A stretch of 64,000 bases of DNA from Selaginella moellendorffii. Its lineage: Eukaryota > Plantae > Lycopodiophyta. The notes beneath the pieces are model-generated. The model worked only from the letters and a program-made list of their open reading frames with translations, did no database searches and had not been told where the DNA came from. Every line of letters starts with the position of its first letter. The stretch's first letter is position 1. The position numbers and the translations under genes are program-made. Where the stretch lies: positions 744,001 to 808,000 of the forward strand of contig NW_003314297.1 in assembly GCF_000143415.4 (NCBI RefSeq), written 5' to 3'. Positions 48,433-61,755 of the stretch are shown piece after piece.

Positions 48433-51246
48433 TCAGTCCGATGCCAGGTCCGGGCCGAAGATATCTGGACAACCCTGCCACTGGCCAAGCTTGCGAGCTT
48501 CCCAGTACGTTTTCATGAACCGGTAAGTGCCTTGATCACTGCCTCTCTTGAACCACCTTGGCGTCCACCCCGTCTCTTGCAACTTTCTCGCCTGTGAAGG
48601 ATGAGAAGGTTTGAAACTGGCAGCTTGAGAGCAGCACAGGCAAACCTGGCGTTGTTTCTGTTCCAGCCGCTGCTTCTCTGCGTTTGCCAGGTCGTATTCC
48701 CCGTTCTCCAAGTATCTTTGGTCCGGTCTCAAGCGCGAGTCTGTTGGTGGGAGCTTCTCCTGCTAGACAACCGTAAATTGGCACGAAAGTCTTGGGATAG
48801 CAGATCGACGAACCTTGAGATCAGGGGTGATTTCGTTCAATGTTATGGCAAAGGCGGTGAGATTGTATCGCGTTGGAAACTCTGCCGGAGGATTCTTTTG
48901 CCACAGCAGTGTGGCCGTGTCCATCGGGTCGTAGCCTCGAGCATTAGACACAGGATCCCCAAGCACGTAGTACATACTCTCATCCCACTTGCCGATAAGA
49001 CTAGCCAGTTTATCACCGCCTTCGTTGTGGACGTACCCTTGAACCTACGAAACAGGACGTGAAAGTACCGATACATTAACTCTATAGAACCCAGATTAAA
49101 AAGGAAAACGAACCTGATGCGGATTTCTATCTATCATAGACTGCTCTTTGAATTTGAGCTTACAAGAAAGACCTCGATTACCCTGAATACGCATTGTACC
49201 ATAGTGATCGACATAAAGTTTGCCGAGAATTATATTGTTTATAGAGGACGTCACCTGTGAGAACCCACGGAGTTTGTCATAGCTGTACGTGGTATATTGG
49301 CTTCACTTTACCTTGCTCCATTGGAATGTCTCGCCATCATCAAATTGAAGTGTGAGTACTCCAACGGGATCAAGTTGAATTGATCTACCCCAAAACTTGC
49401 TTTTGAGCGTACTGTCTCCCCAGAGTTCCCACCCTCGGCCTTGACAGTGACAAGCAATGACCATTGGATGATGGCTTACCTGCAATGACCAGCAATATTA
49501 GTTTCGAAGAGTGAAAAGAAGTTCATGCTTACCTTCTCAGCTATAAAGCGTACGCCTTTGTCCGGAAAATCTGCTTCATACGTTTCTCCGAGCAATGGAT
49601 TAAATGGCTTGCAGTGTCGGCCTTCTGTAGAAGCGTAGCCAGAAACTGCGAAAGCTGCCACGTACAATATTCTCATTAGCCTGTTTCCCTGTAGACAAAA
49701 CACTGAGTTGCGTCAGTCTTGGTAATCGTATTTCCGTTACCTTTTGTCCATATTCTCTGGCGCGATCAAGCAGTTGAGAGTACTCCAAATCTTCAAAGCA
49801 TTTTTGCAAGGACGATAGTGGCTCGTTGAAATAAACTGGCAAGCAAATTCGACTCAGGTCCTTCCCAATGTTGTCTCTGATCATGGACCAAAGGCTGACA
49901 CAGTTTTCAACTTCCTTTGGTTCCGGTAGCCTGGTGCGCCTTTTAACAGAAGGATATACAACATCCTCGCCAGAAGGCCCGTTGCTTGAAACATCCTCGT
50001 TCTCAATCAGCTCCACAGTTGTGTTAAACACGGCGCTCTCAAGGTATGCCTCCGAGAGAGACTCCCTGGTGTCAAAGAAATCCTCGTCATCTGACTCCGC
50101 TTCCACGACTTCCTGCCGTATGTCTTCATCAGATTCTGATTCATCGGCACCTAAAAGGCGTAAAACTGCAAGAAAACGGGCCAGAATCACGTTTCCACGT
50201 ACATGAATGAGTCTTAATACCGTGGTCTTTCAACGCTCCCACTACGTTCCCTGCTCCCGCAGACGCATTGTTCTGCATCTCGTCTACAACTGTAGTCTCC
50301 AGCTCTAGCTTATCAGCCTGACAACATCGATGACATTGTCACCACAATGTAGAATCACCCTGAACTGAAAAAACATACCTCGAGAAGTCTAATCTTTTCG
50401 ATCAAGAACAGCCTCTTTTGTTGCATTACTCTCAGTTGGTGTTGGATTTTTGTAAACTCGGACATCATAATTTTCTCGCATTCTTTTATCCCTTGCTCGG
50501 GGACTCCCAGCTTGACAAGGTGCTCCTTGAGCGCGTCTGTCGAAATTTTAATGTTGTCTGCCGGCGGAGGATAGCTTAAACTGCTCATGTCTTTCGGGAA
50601 AAGGTCCTTGGAAGTTCTTAACGCATCCATCCATGCCGTCCTGTCCTCCTTCGACTCCGCACGGAGATGCAAAGTTTTTGTTCCCGTATAGATGTAAAAC
50701 TTCCTATCATCTGACTTGCTCTCTCGGAGAGAGCACACCTATCAGAGAGAAAAAAAAAGAAAAACTTATGGTGACTTACAAAAAAAGAAAAAAGAAAGAA
50801 AACAAAAGTACCTTCAAATGTACCTCTCCAAATGTTCTTCGATGCTGCCTCTCCTCGCCTTGGGAACAGAACTTTGGCTTCTTCAAGAGCTTCCGCGACT
50901 CATCTCCAATGATCTTGGAAGCCTTGATCTGCTCGTTGTGCACGCAAATCTTATCGGGTCCATGGATCTTGTAGTAGAAAAGAATGCCGTCCTCGAGCTC
51001 AAACCATCTGGGCCTCCATCCCTTTCCATAATTCACCCACTTGTGAAGAACACCGGCTAGCGCCGGGGCTGAAGACGCGCAGACATCGCCAGAGTGGCTC
51101 TTCTTCCTCGTTTTCGTGGTTGGCGATTTGGCGAGCAAATCCCCGGCATCTGGAAATGCCGCTGGGGCTGCTGGATTCCTGGCGGTGAAAGACGGCACCT
51201 TGGAGCCAGTGGCCTTGCTAGGCTTGGAAGAGGACGCCGCGGCCAT
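48433..51246 (-). CDS. Oxysterol-binding protein-related protein (PH + ORD), ORP1/ORP2 type
   Basis: PH domain [19 protein letters not shown]; FFDT FFAT-like motif; [26 protein letters not shown]; [12 protein letters not shown]; EKVSHHP; [11 protein letters not shown]. Confidence 0.95.
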
Positions 51247-51486
51247 CAAAGCGCAGCAAGGAGGACGAGGACGCGCGAGACGATCTCCGCCATTTCACAG
51301 ATTGGATCGGCATACCGTGGCGCCGGATTGATTAGAGCCGAATTCCACGCCGATGCCATGCCGGCTACAAAAGCGATGCGAAGATTGCGCCATCGCCAAA
51401 TTGAAAAGCCCTAACCCTAAGCTCCGGTGATGGTGGGAAAAGCTGACACGTGTCATATTCAAAGATTTTCAAACAAAATTAAGTTC

Positions 51487-51567
51487 CGTGGACGGCAGGA
51501 TTCGAACCTGCGCGGGCAAGCCCACATGATTTCTAGTCATGCCCGATAACCACTCTGGCACGTCCAC
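51487..51567 (-). tRNA. tRNA-Ser (AGA)
   Basis: rc = GTGGACGTGCCAGAGTGGTTATCGGGCATGACTAGAAATCATGTGGGCTTGCCCGCGCAGGTTCGAATCCTGCCGTCCACG: acceptor stem, anticodon AGA, long variable arm, TTCGAAT loop. Confidence 0.96.
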
Positions 51568-51770
51568 TTAGCTGTTAAAGTAAGATCATAAAGATAAAAT
51601 GGGAAGCGCGAGCACGCACTTAGCTACTAAAGTAAGATTAATTTGAAAAAATTGGCGGCTTTAACGAGCTCGCCTGAAAGTATTCCGTGAGGCAATCGCC
51701 TTGCAAACTCTACACCATAATCTTTCTGGAGAGATTCAGCTCCCCTTTTTTGATCATCCTAATTGTACAT

Positions 51771-54700
51771 TCAATCGAAGTACCGCCGAGTTTGGGACTT
51801 TAGAGAGTAAATGAGCCTGTGGATGTGCTTCACTCCTCGTCCCACCTTGTCCTGAATGAAAAAAAAAAACATGTCTCTAGATCGAGGATGGGAGCCTCTA
51901 TTGCTTACCTCTTTGATGGACTCCAGCTTCTCAAACGTTGGGAGTAGCTTCTGCCCAAGAGCATCCAGCTCGCCTTTCTGTGCCTGCATTGAATCCTCGG
52001 CTCCTTGGGCAGCTTGTTGTCTGTAAAGCAAACCATAAGTTATGGGTGTTTTAGTTTGATGAACTTACATCGCTTCGACATGGAGGTAGAGGATTTCCAA
52101 AGCTTGCTCCACGACGAGAACAAGGCAAGCGATTTGAGTATCGCGGATGCTGGCATCTGTACACATCTCCACCATTGCCAAGTACCTTCTGCAACCAAAT
52201 TGTGATAAGTAACAAAGCAACGAAAACGCTACAATTGGATAGGACCTCTTTCGCATGCTTTCCATTTCGGACCCTTGCTTAGACTTTGCGATGTCATCGA
52301 CTTCCTGCCTTGTAAGCTCGTTAATATCAGGAAGCTGCAAGAACAAACAGGGTTGGATGCTTCAAAACTGTTCAACGCCGAACCTTAGCCACGATAAGCA
52401 TTTTCTCTTCCGCAGAAGATTCGAGATCTAAAGCCGCCTGTTCCAAAAGACTTGAGACAAGCTTGAGGCTGGGTTGCCTTTGAAGTCCCAAGGTGTAGTG
52501 TCGCATAACCACCTCAGAACTCTGAAAATGCAGCTAGTTAGTAACTAACCAGTTTCTCGTAGCAAAAATCTCATACGTCTGTTCCAGAGATGTTTAATCT
52601 CATTCCCTGCTTGCTGACTAATGTGTGAATGTAGGAAACCAGATTGCCACGAAGGCGCGTCACAAGAAGCTCTATTTTCTTTGAGTCCTGCGAGAGCGAA
52701 AAAACACAATCACTTGCAATCGCTAGGAAACTAATCTTACCTCAGCAGGTACCCCCATATTTTGACGTTGGCTTTTAGAAAACTGAATGAATCCACTACG
52801 TGATTGATTGTCCTGCGCGAAATATATGTATGCCAAATTGAACAGGCCTTGTTTGAAGCCAAAGTCCTCAGAGCCCTCGAATGGCCACACCTATAATCGG
52901 AAAGAAAATTTGAAGCATCTAATTATTATGATATACCTTCGATAAAATTGCAGTCGCCAAATGGAGTTCTTCCAGGTCTGCCAGATACATTTTCGTCCCA
53001 TCGTCTCGCAAGATACGGTCGAACAAACCATGATGAAGTTTAACAAACTCTAGAACTTCAAGAGCTACTTCATCGCGATCCTGTTCAATAAGACGTAGAA
53101 TCAGCGCCAGTAAGCAATTGACACCTTACTTTTCTTCCTGTGTCAATTAGCGTCGTAAAACATAAAATCAACCTCAGAACGGGTATGACAATCTGATGCT
53201 GCCTGTCATGTTGTGATGGGAGTCCAATTCCCATATGCTCCTTTCTCGCATCGTCCTATTTCACAGAACAAACCACATTTTGAGATACGCTCTTACGGAA
53301 TTCAGTTTACCGTCAGCTGGACATCAATAGCTTTACAGGATGACAGATGTTGGATGGCACCCATGGCAAACAATGCTTGCGCGCCTCGTTTCTTGTTGTG
53401 AAAACACACTCTTAAAAGTAATGCCAATTCAGCCTCCAGAGTATATAGACGTCGGATCATGTCACGAGAAGGCAGAATTAAAGCCTGTATGTTCGAGAAG
53501 TTACTAAACAGCGAGAAAACATGTAATGACTTCTTCACCTGATAAGAATTTGTACTAATATCAGTGAAGCAGTTGTCAACAAACCCTGCTTTGCAAATGT
53601 CCAAAGAACACCTGATTACGATCAACCGCCACAAGTGCCTCTAGAACATAAAACGCAATGGCCTTTGCCGTTTCACTTCCATGTAATGCATCTTTACAAA
53701 CCTGAAGAAATTGTTACATTTAAAAAAAATTAAAAACATAGCTAATAGTTTTACCAAGTCAAGCAGGGCAGTAGCCTCCTGCCTAAGCATATTAAAGTTC
53801 ATTTGAGCAAGTTCGGCCTGATCCCCTTCTAGCTGCAACTTAAAACGTACGTAAGCATTCATGAAGGGTAGCTTCACTGCCTACCTTTTCGAATTCTGTG
53901 TCCTCAACGCCGTCTTGCCCCTCCATCAAAAGTCCCCGCATCATGGAAACCGAAAGTTCCGAATTTACCATGCCTTGGCAATAATGAAAATAGCTTAACA
54001 AAGATGCAAATTGCCTGAAAGCATCCAGCTAGAGTGGTCAAGATTTTATTCCAATAAGCATCGTACCTTCGTCTTAAAGCTTCAGATGACTCAGGTCGCA
54101 ATACACCGGTAAGGAGTTTCGAGAGGATGGTCTGGCACGCGGTATTGGGTAAACGGACCGTTGTCAAAACATCTCCATATATAGCGTCATCATTGTAATC
54201 TTCTTCACCAGGCGCAAATATACCATGATCTTGAAGTTTTGCCATTGATGTCAGCACAACCTGAAACAAAAATTCTTGACTCTCAGGTGCGAAAATAAAA
54301 AGAGAAAAGAAAAGAAATAAATAATAATAATACAATTTTCCTTACCTGGCTCAAGACATAAGCCATGCTCAAAGAACAGTCTGAAGAACAACTTGCGTCC
54401 AAAACCGCTTCCAGCGTGCTGTTAAAAATCAATGCATTAGAACTCCAGTTGCAACCAAATGTAGTATCTTACTCATAGATCACTTGAATGCGGTTCCCTA
54501 AGAACTCAAATCGTCTGGAGAATGTCACCTGAAATACAAGAACTAAGCAAACGTTTAAGGTCCCAACGTGCTTACCTCTACTAGTTGTGTCCATCCCACA
54601 AGCATGTGTAACTGTGCAGCTTGTTCTTCCAAAAACTTGTTGCGCTTCCATGCCCACCTAAGTAGCTGCTGCACGGCGTCACGTACTGCCACTTGTCGTC

Positions 54701-57700
54701 GCTCATTTGCCAAAATGTTATATTGCATTTCTAGCCTCTTGCACGCCTGTTAACGCTTATCGGTCCAAGGTCCAATCTCTCGAGAACGTTACTAACCTGC
54801 CAAAGCTTGTCCCTGAAAGCAGTCAGATCGATTATTCTGTCGCCACGTTCTGAAAGCGTATAGATGCCACCATCGTCGACCAATGCTGGATTGTTCAGAA
54901 TCTCTTCAACCTGACATAATGTTTTATCAACACTCTCCAGGAGCTTCACAGAATTACAGACCTTCAAATCTTCTTTAAAGTCTTCTATGCACTGTGGAAT
55001 TTCGGTTGGAGGCTCTGCCAAAGGAAACTGCAAGATATCAAGGAGCTCCAGAACCTGATAGACGTACTCATAGTTACAAAACGAGCAATTAACAGATTGT
55101 AACGAACCTTCATTTTTTGAAGGCCATAGTTAGTAAGCAACGCCGGCACGGCATTTGTCACAGGCAGAGGATCCACGCTTTCGTCCATAAAAAGCTTCCC
55201 CACAAGGCGACGACAACTCCGACGATGTGACAAAACATCCATGTCACTGACATGCAAATCCAGTGCCAATAGCTTAAAAAGCCATGCTCTCTGCAGAAAA
55301 CAAATGAAGTACATCTAGACGTCGCGAGCTAGGCTATGCATACCTGCTGCAAACTGCTAATACGTAAAGAATGGTTTGTCTCTCGCTTAGGAAGTGGCTC
55401 ACAAGCAGAGTCCAAATGCTGCAAAAATGACGAGTCATAAGGCCGAAGATGCAAGAACTTGTTAGCAGGCAATTAAACGAGGACGTACGCAAGAAAAGAA
55501 ATCGTATTTCTCCGTTCGCATAAGGTCAAGCATCGGGCCACTTGTAAATTCATCGACACAGAGCTCATACACCAGCTGTAGAACTTAACAATAGGTAAGA
55601 GCACGTCAAAAGGACAATGTATTTCATCTTGCCTGAAATCCCAGCTCGTGCAACGAGGAGTTTGCATCTGGCCTCGCGCGTGATTCCAGAAGCTCCAATA
55701 TAACTCGCATGCAGCTGATATGATAGTTCAGAGTAGAAATCTGAAAAACAAGACGCACCTGTATACGCGTTTTGGTTGAAGGATTGTCCGTTCAACAGGT
55801 TGATCTATGTCAAACGTGAGTAACAAATGAGCTAGATTTGGAGAAGGTCGATTCAAGTTTGACAAAAGCAGCTGTGTATACACAATGATGTTATATAAAG
55901 AAAAAGAAAGAAGAAGCTTCCATACCCGCAAAATAAGAGAGCCCGAGTCTTCTTTAACACAGTCAGAAGTCTGAAGTTCATGACTGCGGGCTTCTAAACA
56001 GGCTGCATAGTCCTCAACAAGATTTGCTGCGGCATTGGCATCGACAATTAAAGAAACTATGTGTGGCAATCGCGAACTGTCCAATAAAACTCTTTTAGCG
56101 CAATTCGATGGTGTAAAACAATCGCACCTAAAGACATCCATGATCTTGATCGACAGATGTTGGATAGTTGATAGCGATTCATAATGGATGTACTGGATCA
56201 AGGTTATGATTTGGCGGCTGTCATGCGACAATATAGCATCGATAGTCTACAAAATAAGCATACGAAAGTTGAAACGCTACGAAACAAAAAGAGTTGTACC
56301 TGATAAATCGGTCGCCAGTGGTCGGCATAAAAAATATCTTTCTGAAAGGCAATAACTAAAAGCTCCAAACAAAGCTGCACCGCTTCCTCAAGAGATGGAC
56401 CATAGTTTTTGCTAATGCGTTCCTCCAGTACAAAATCAGCTCCAAGCATAACAATGCTCATGAGACTTCGGAAGATAGATTTTCCGCCCATCAAATCCTG
56501 AAAACGTTTCGCTTAAAACAACATAAAAAATACCATACGTACCTTCATTATTTCAATTGGCGGAAGATACAGCTTTGCTCCGCCAAAGCTCTGCTCAGAT
56601 CCTTCCAAGGAATTTTGAAGATCCCCCTCGGACACATCATATAGCGTCAGCATCCTAAGAATACAATGCTGTCAACAAAGAACTCTAGGAAAAAAGAAAT
56701 TACAAAACATACATTTGGAAGTGCCTAAGGGATGCAACCACCATCTGCCATTTATATGTGGGATCAGCATAGGCCCTTTGAGCATACGGACCGAACACCT
56801 GATCTCGGACAAACTTGAATATGCCAGCGAATCTGAGAAAAACACTTAAAAGAAAGAAATAAACGAAATTTCAGTCTTACTTTTGGCCCTTGTGAGACTT
56901 GTCGGGGTCATTTGCCATCAGAACATTCAGCAGGTTCAAATATGAAATTGTAGAGGGATACTCTTCTTGCCTTGCCTCCACTTCATTCAGTTCAAACGTC
57001 ATGTCGTAAACTTGTTGCACATTGGCTCCTCCCAATGTAGTGGCAGCTGACAGAGGAAGATCATAAGCATCCAGCAAGCTCCATACTCTGTCTCTTATAA
57101 CTGGAGATAACGGAACAAAGGCAGAGATTGCATTTCGCAAAGATCCCTGTGCAAATCCAGTATTAGTTCCGCATGACAACATTGGAAAACGCGACCTTCA
57201 AATACGGTGGAACATTTTCAAATGGGAGAAGCTTAAAAAGCGGTTCAATATCCGGGAACCAGAGTGACCTTTCCACCTCGCTACCAGCCTCCAAGACCTT
57301 GAAAAGAATGATCATACGTCAATATCACCAGCAAACTAGCGAAGTACCTTTTTCAAAACTTGCAAATAGGCGTCAAGAGCTTTGGCATCTCCCTCCTGAA
57401 AAGGAGGGAGAAAAGAACCGCTTGTTTGAATGCAATGTCTGAAGTGCTCCTCATAGACATTGAGCGAATTAAAAAGCGTCTGCCAACTAACAGTACGGAA
57501 AGTCTTGTTCTGTAGCATCTGGTACACTTGTCTAGCCCCTTCCTCACTGCAAGCCTGTAAAGGTTTTATGAAAACACAGTCGTGATTTTTTGGGCTTACC
57601 AATCCAACCAGCATCTTGAGAAAAGCAACTAATGTAAGGTAGCTTGAATGGTCTTCGCTTATGAATCTTATGAAGTTCCAAAGAACTTCATTATCAGAAA

Positions 57701-59644
57701 CAAGTGCTGGTTCTCTCTGATAAACAACAAATTCCGTAAGAGAACGTAAGAACAATGGAAAATCACCTGGTAGACTTCTGATATAAGCTCGAGCAAAGAT
57801 ATAAAAGGATCAGCTTGTGTTTGCATAGCTTGACGGCGTGTTATCAAATCATCCTCCATTGGCTCCTCGGTCGGATACGGATCAGAAAACATGGCGACAT
57901 TCTTCAAATCTTTGATCTATTGAGGACGTCAAAAAGTAAATCCTAGAAGTGTTGAAGAACATTTGACGTACCTTCTCTCTGCCGATTGGATTGGACAAAA
58001 ATATTATGAAAAGTTTGTGCAAATAAGCATTGTACATGAACACAAGATCTGGATCATCATTCTGCCATGCCATATAAATAACCAGCCTCGCAAACATGTA
58101 AATAACCGTTACCTCGAAGGCGGCAGCTTTTAAAATTTTCTCAACGAGGAATTTAAAAACGTTCTGCTCGCAAGCGTGATCAAGACATGCTCGAGCATTT
58201 GTTATATCAGATTGTGATTCGTTGATTGAAATACCGCTCGTGTCAACGTTAGACATAAGGAAGACCCCCCATACTAGTCTAATGACATCTGTAAAACCTT
58301 TCGTTGTGCTCTCAAGCCCCACCTCCATAACCTGAAGAAAAATCAGGAGAGAAACTATCTTGCAGAACTGGTACCTGATTATGGAACTCACGGCGAAATA
58401 CAGCATCTGGCGAAAGCACAGATCCCATCTCGTGACCACCACCGAGAGCGTCCGATATTAACGAGATTGCAAGGGTAAACATCACTGTGTACGCTATCTG
58501 CGACAGGGGATATTGTAAATGATCAGCACGCATAGGAAGACACCTGAAGCTTGACGACGGATTGTGACGAAAATGCATCTCCCGAACAGTCCTTAACAAG
58601 ACCATAGATGTCTTTTGCTTCTTGCGAATCTACAAGAAGAGAAAATAAACTACAGCAACAAAGACCTCAGAAACTTACTGATCCGAACAATAAGGCATGA
58701 AAAGACCAAACACTGGCATATGCTAAGCCGTTCTCTAAGCGCGACGTCATGACGTAGCACAAGAGCTCCCCTGGCATCCATAACGTAAGGCTCAACCCCT
58801 GGCCCGCCTAAGCCAGATGGATCTTCGCGACCAAGTTCCTGTTAAGTGGCATATAGTCCCCGATGCGATACAAGTGACGCAAGGGTACCTTGATAAGTGT
58901 CACAAGTCGCTTGCGTAGTCCAGCGTCAATCAAACTCTCGATGTATTGTCGAAGATCAACGACCAAGTCTGGATCAAGCTCTTCGTCAAGCACAACGGCC
59001 TGTTCTGGCAAGAAAAGAACTCATAAGAAAACAGACATTAACAAAGCCGCAAACTTTACTCTCAGAATAAGCTGCAAGGAGTTGATTAGCGCTCTTCTTT
59101 CCGTGAACCACAACCCTGCTGATAGTCGGAGGCCCTCGAGAGGCTCACGTCCTAAGAGATTCCACTGCGCAAAACAAAAATTACGTACGTGAGACCCGCA
59201 CAAACTTAAGGTCGTTTTTCACCTCTTGATGAGCAGCGACGAGAAGACTCACGCAATCGATCTCATTCAAATGATAGTCGTCACTGAGTTTCAAAGCCTG
59301 CGATCAAAGCAAAGAACGTTAAAAGCTAAGAAGGACAACTCCCAGCATACAATTTGAACATCCTGATCGTCGAGCACGGTGGGCGGCGCGTCCGGCAGCT
59401 TCACTTCTTTCGATAAAACCTCTGTTCGATCGGCTGCCTTGGGCTCCTGACGCACATTTCCTCGGGGTTTAGGGCTTTGCGGAAGAATCTCTACGGTGAC
59501 CTAGCTTACCGGATAGAGGAGGAATGATTCGAAGTCTGGGCGGCACAAATGCAGCATATGGAAGAGCTCCGTGCGCTGCTGTGGCGATGGCGATCCTGCC
59601 AGCGCCACCTCCACTGTGGATTGCAGGCGCCTGTAAGAAACCAT
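51771..59644 (-). CDS. NUP205: Nuclear pore complex protein NUP205 (many short exons)
   Basis: ALKLSDDYHLNEIDCVSLLVAAHQEW; AGLWFTERRALI; FELNEVEARQEEYPSTISYLNLLN; PNLAHLLLTFD; QRAWLFKLLAL; LYTLEAELALLLR. Confidence 0.93.
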
Positions 59645-59834
59645 CGCGTCGAGAGTAATCCCTAGAACATAGTGAGGGAAAGAGAGCTTCGAAATCCAGG
59701 AGCTTTGGCTACTATATCAATTGGACGGTTCAGATCTTTCCACGGGGGCATTATCGACGGCCCAGAGCTCTTAAGCCACGCAACCTTAAAACTCCACTGG
59801 AAAATTCCAGATTGTAGGGTTTCTGGCTGGAAGC

Positions 59835-61755
59835 ATGCTGCGATCGCCAATCACAGTCGTTCTAGTTTCCGTGCTGCTGATCTTCTCGATTCCTGCGGAG
59901 AGCAAGGATCTCTACAAGGTACTCGCACAGTCCTGAAGAATTTGCTGCTAGAAATTTCATTCTTCTCGTCAGATTCTCGGCGTGGACAAGAATGCTGATC
60001 AACGCGCAATCAAGAAGGCTTACCACAAGCTCTCGCTCCAATATCACCCGGACAAGAACAAGGCGAAGAACGCGCAAGACAAATTCTCCGAGATAAGCAA
60101 TGGTAAGCGTCATCCTGTGTTTTTTCTTTCAAGGGAGTGCGTTCTAACGAGGGTGTAGCTTACGAGATTCTTAGTGACGAGAAGAAGCGCAAGGAGTATG
60201 ATCTCTATGGAGAGTCACCGCCGGGAGGAGGTTTTGGCGGCGGCGGCGGCGGTGGCGGTGGCTTCGGCGGTGGCGGTGGTGATCCTTTCCAGAGAGATTT
60301 TCAACAACAACAGCACCAGTATGGCAATGCTCAGCATGAATACCAGCAGCGCTATACGTTCCACTCCGATGGACCGAATGGATTCAGTTTTGACGGCTTT
60401 AACTTTGGTGGCTTTGGGAGCTACATGGACGACATGTTTGGGGGATTTTTTAAGAACTCGAATCCGGGCCCCGAGTTTGGATCGCAGCTACAGCAGTTAA
60501 GTTCGGCAGAGTTCACGAGACAAGTCCTCAATGACTCGGAAACCTGGCTGCTGCTCTTCGTTTCATCAACAGCGCTCGACCAAAGAACTCGTATCCTTGA
60601 AGAGTTTGCCAAGCACATGAACGGGGTTATCAAGGTACGTGCAGTTTCTTTCTTTTACGTTTCATTTTTGTTTTCTCCCTTTGACGAATGTTTTGATGCA
60701 GGTAGGAATCATAAACTGCCAGAGTAACCAGCTCCTATGCAAGCAACAGCGCGTTTCGGTACTCAAAGAGCCTAAACTTTACATTTGTCCGTGGGTGCCA
60801 TCCAGGAAACGATCCTTGGTTGAGTACACGGGTGAATGGAAAGTGAAGGCACTTGAGGCCTATAGTGTGGAGTTCCTTCCCAGACTTTCGACAAGGATAA
60901 TTGGGGATGAGGAGGACATTTTCGAGAAAGACGACAACCTTCCCGGAGCCGTGCTTTTGACGAAGAAAAAAGAGACCCCGGCAATGTGGAGAGCCTTGAG
61001 CGGAATCTTCCATCAGCGCGTAGTATTTTTCGAGAAAAAGGCAAGAGATAGTTGCGTTTCGTGGTTCTAAAAACAGTTTTTACGTCCTCCCACAGGTACA
61101 GGATATATCCGACACGCTGGCAAGAAAGTTCAAAGTGACAAAACTTCCGGCGGTGGTCGGTGTTCTGGCAAATTCGGACGCAACCATTCTATCCCAAGGC
61201 CCGAACATCAAACCAGATGACTTGAAAGGGCTCCTCAAAGATCTAGAGACCAAACACAGACACGTTCGCAGGGAGAAACGCGAGACCAAGTCCAGTGACG
61301 GCATTTCGAAGCTGACCAAGGAAAACTTTTCCAGATTATGCTCCGAAACCGCACTTTGTGTCATCGCGGTCACGAGATCCAAATCCGCAGAGGAGAAGGC
61401 GAAAAAGATTCTGCTTGAGGTTTGTGTTGTCCGCGATTGAGAGCTTTCACAGGACTAAAGTTCCTTTGTTTCGCAGGTTTCTCGGAAGAACATCCAGCCC
61501 GCTAATAGATCTTCCTCGGTCGCTGTCTCGTACGTGTACGTGGACGGTGCTTCTCAGGCCAAATTCGTGAAGGCATTTGGAGACAAGAGGCTAGAGAAGC
61601 AAGATCCGGCATTGGTGGCTTTCAAGTTTCGAAAGAAGAGGTTTGCTACTCACACAGGCCCATTCACGTCAGCTGCAATTGAGAACTTTGTGAGCGAAGC
61701 TCTCAACGGCGAAGTGCAGTTCCAAAATGTGAAGAAAGAGCCATTGATCTCCTGA
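59835..61755 (+). CDS. ER DnaJ protein with J-domain, Gly/Phe region and thioredoxin-like domains (ERdj3A/TMS1-like)
   Basis: Signal peptide; [24 protein letters not shown]; [18 protein letters not shown]; G/F-rich linker; [17 protein letters not shown]. Confidence 0.88.

Noticed and set aside
59700-59790. ERSE/UPRE elements in the NUP205-DnaJ divergent promoter
   Set aside because: ATTGG and CCACG are present but their spacing fits neither ERSE-I nor ERSE-II
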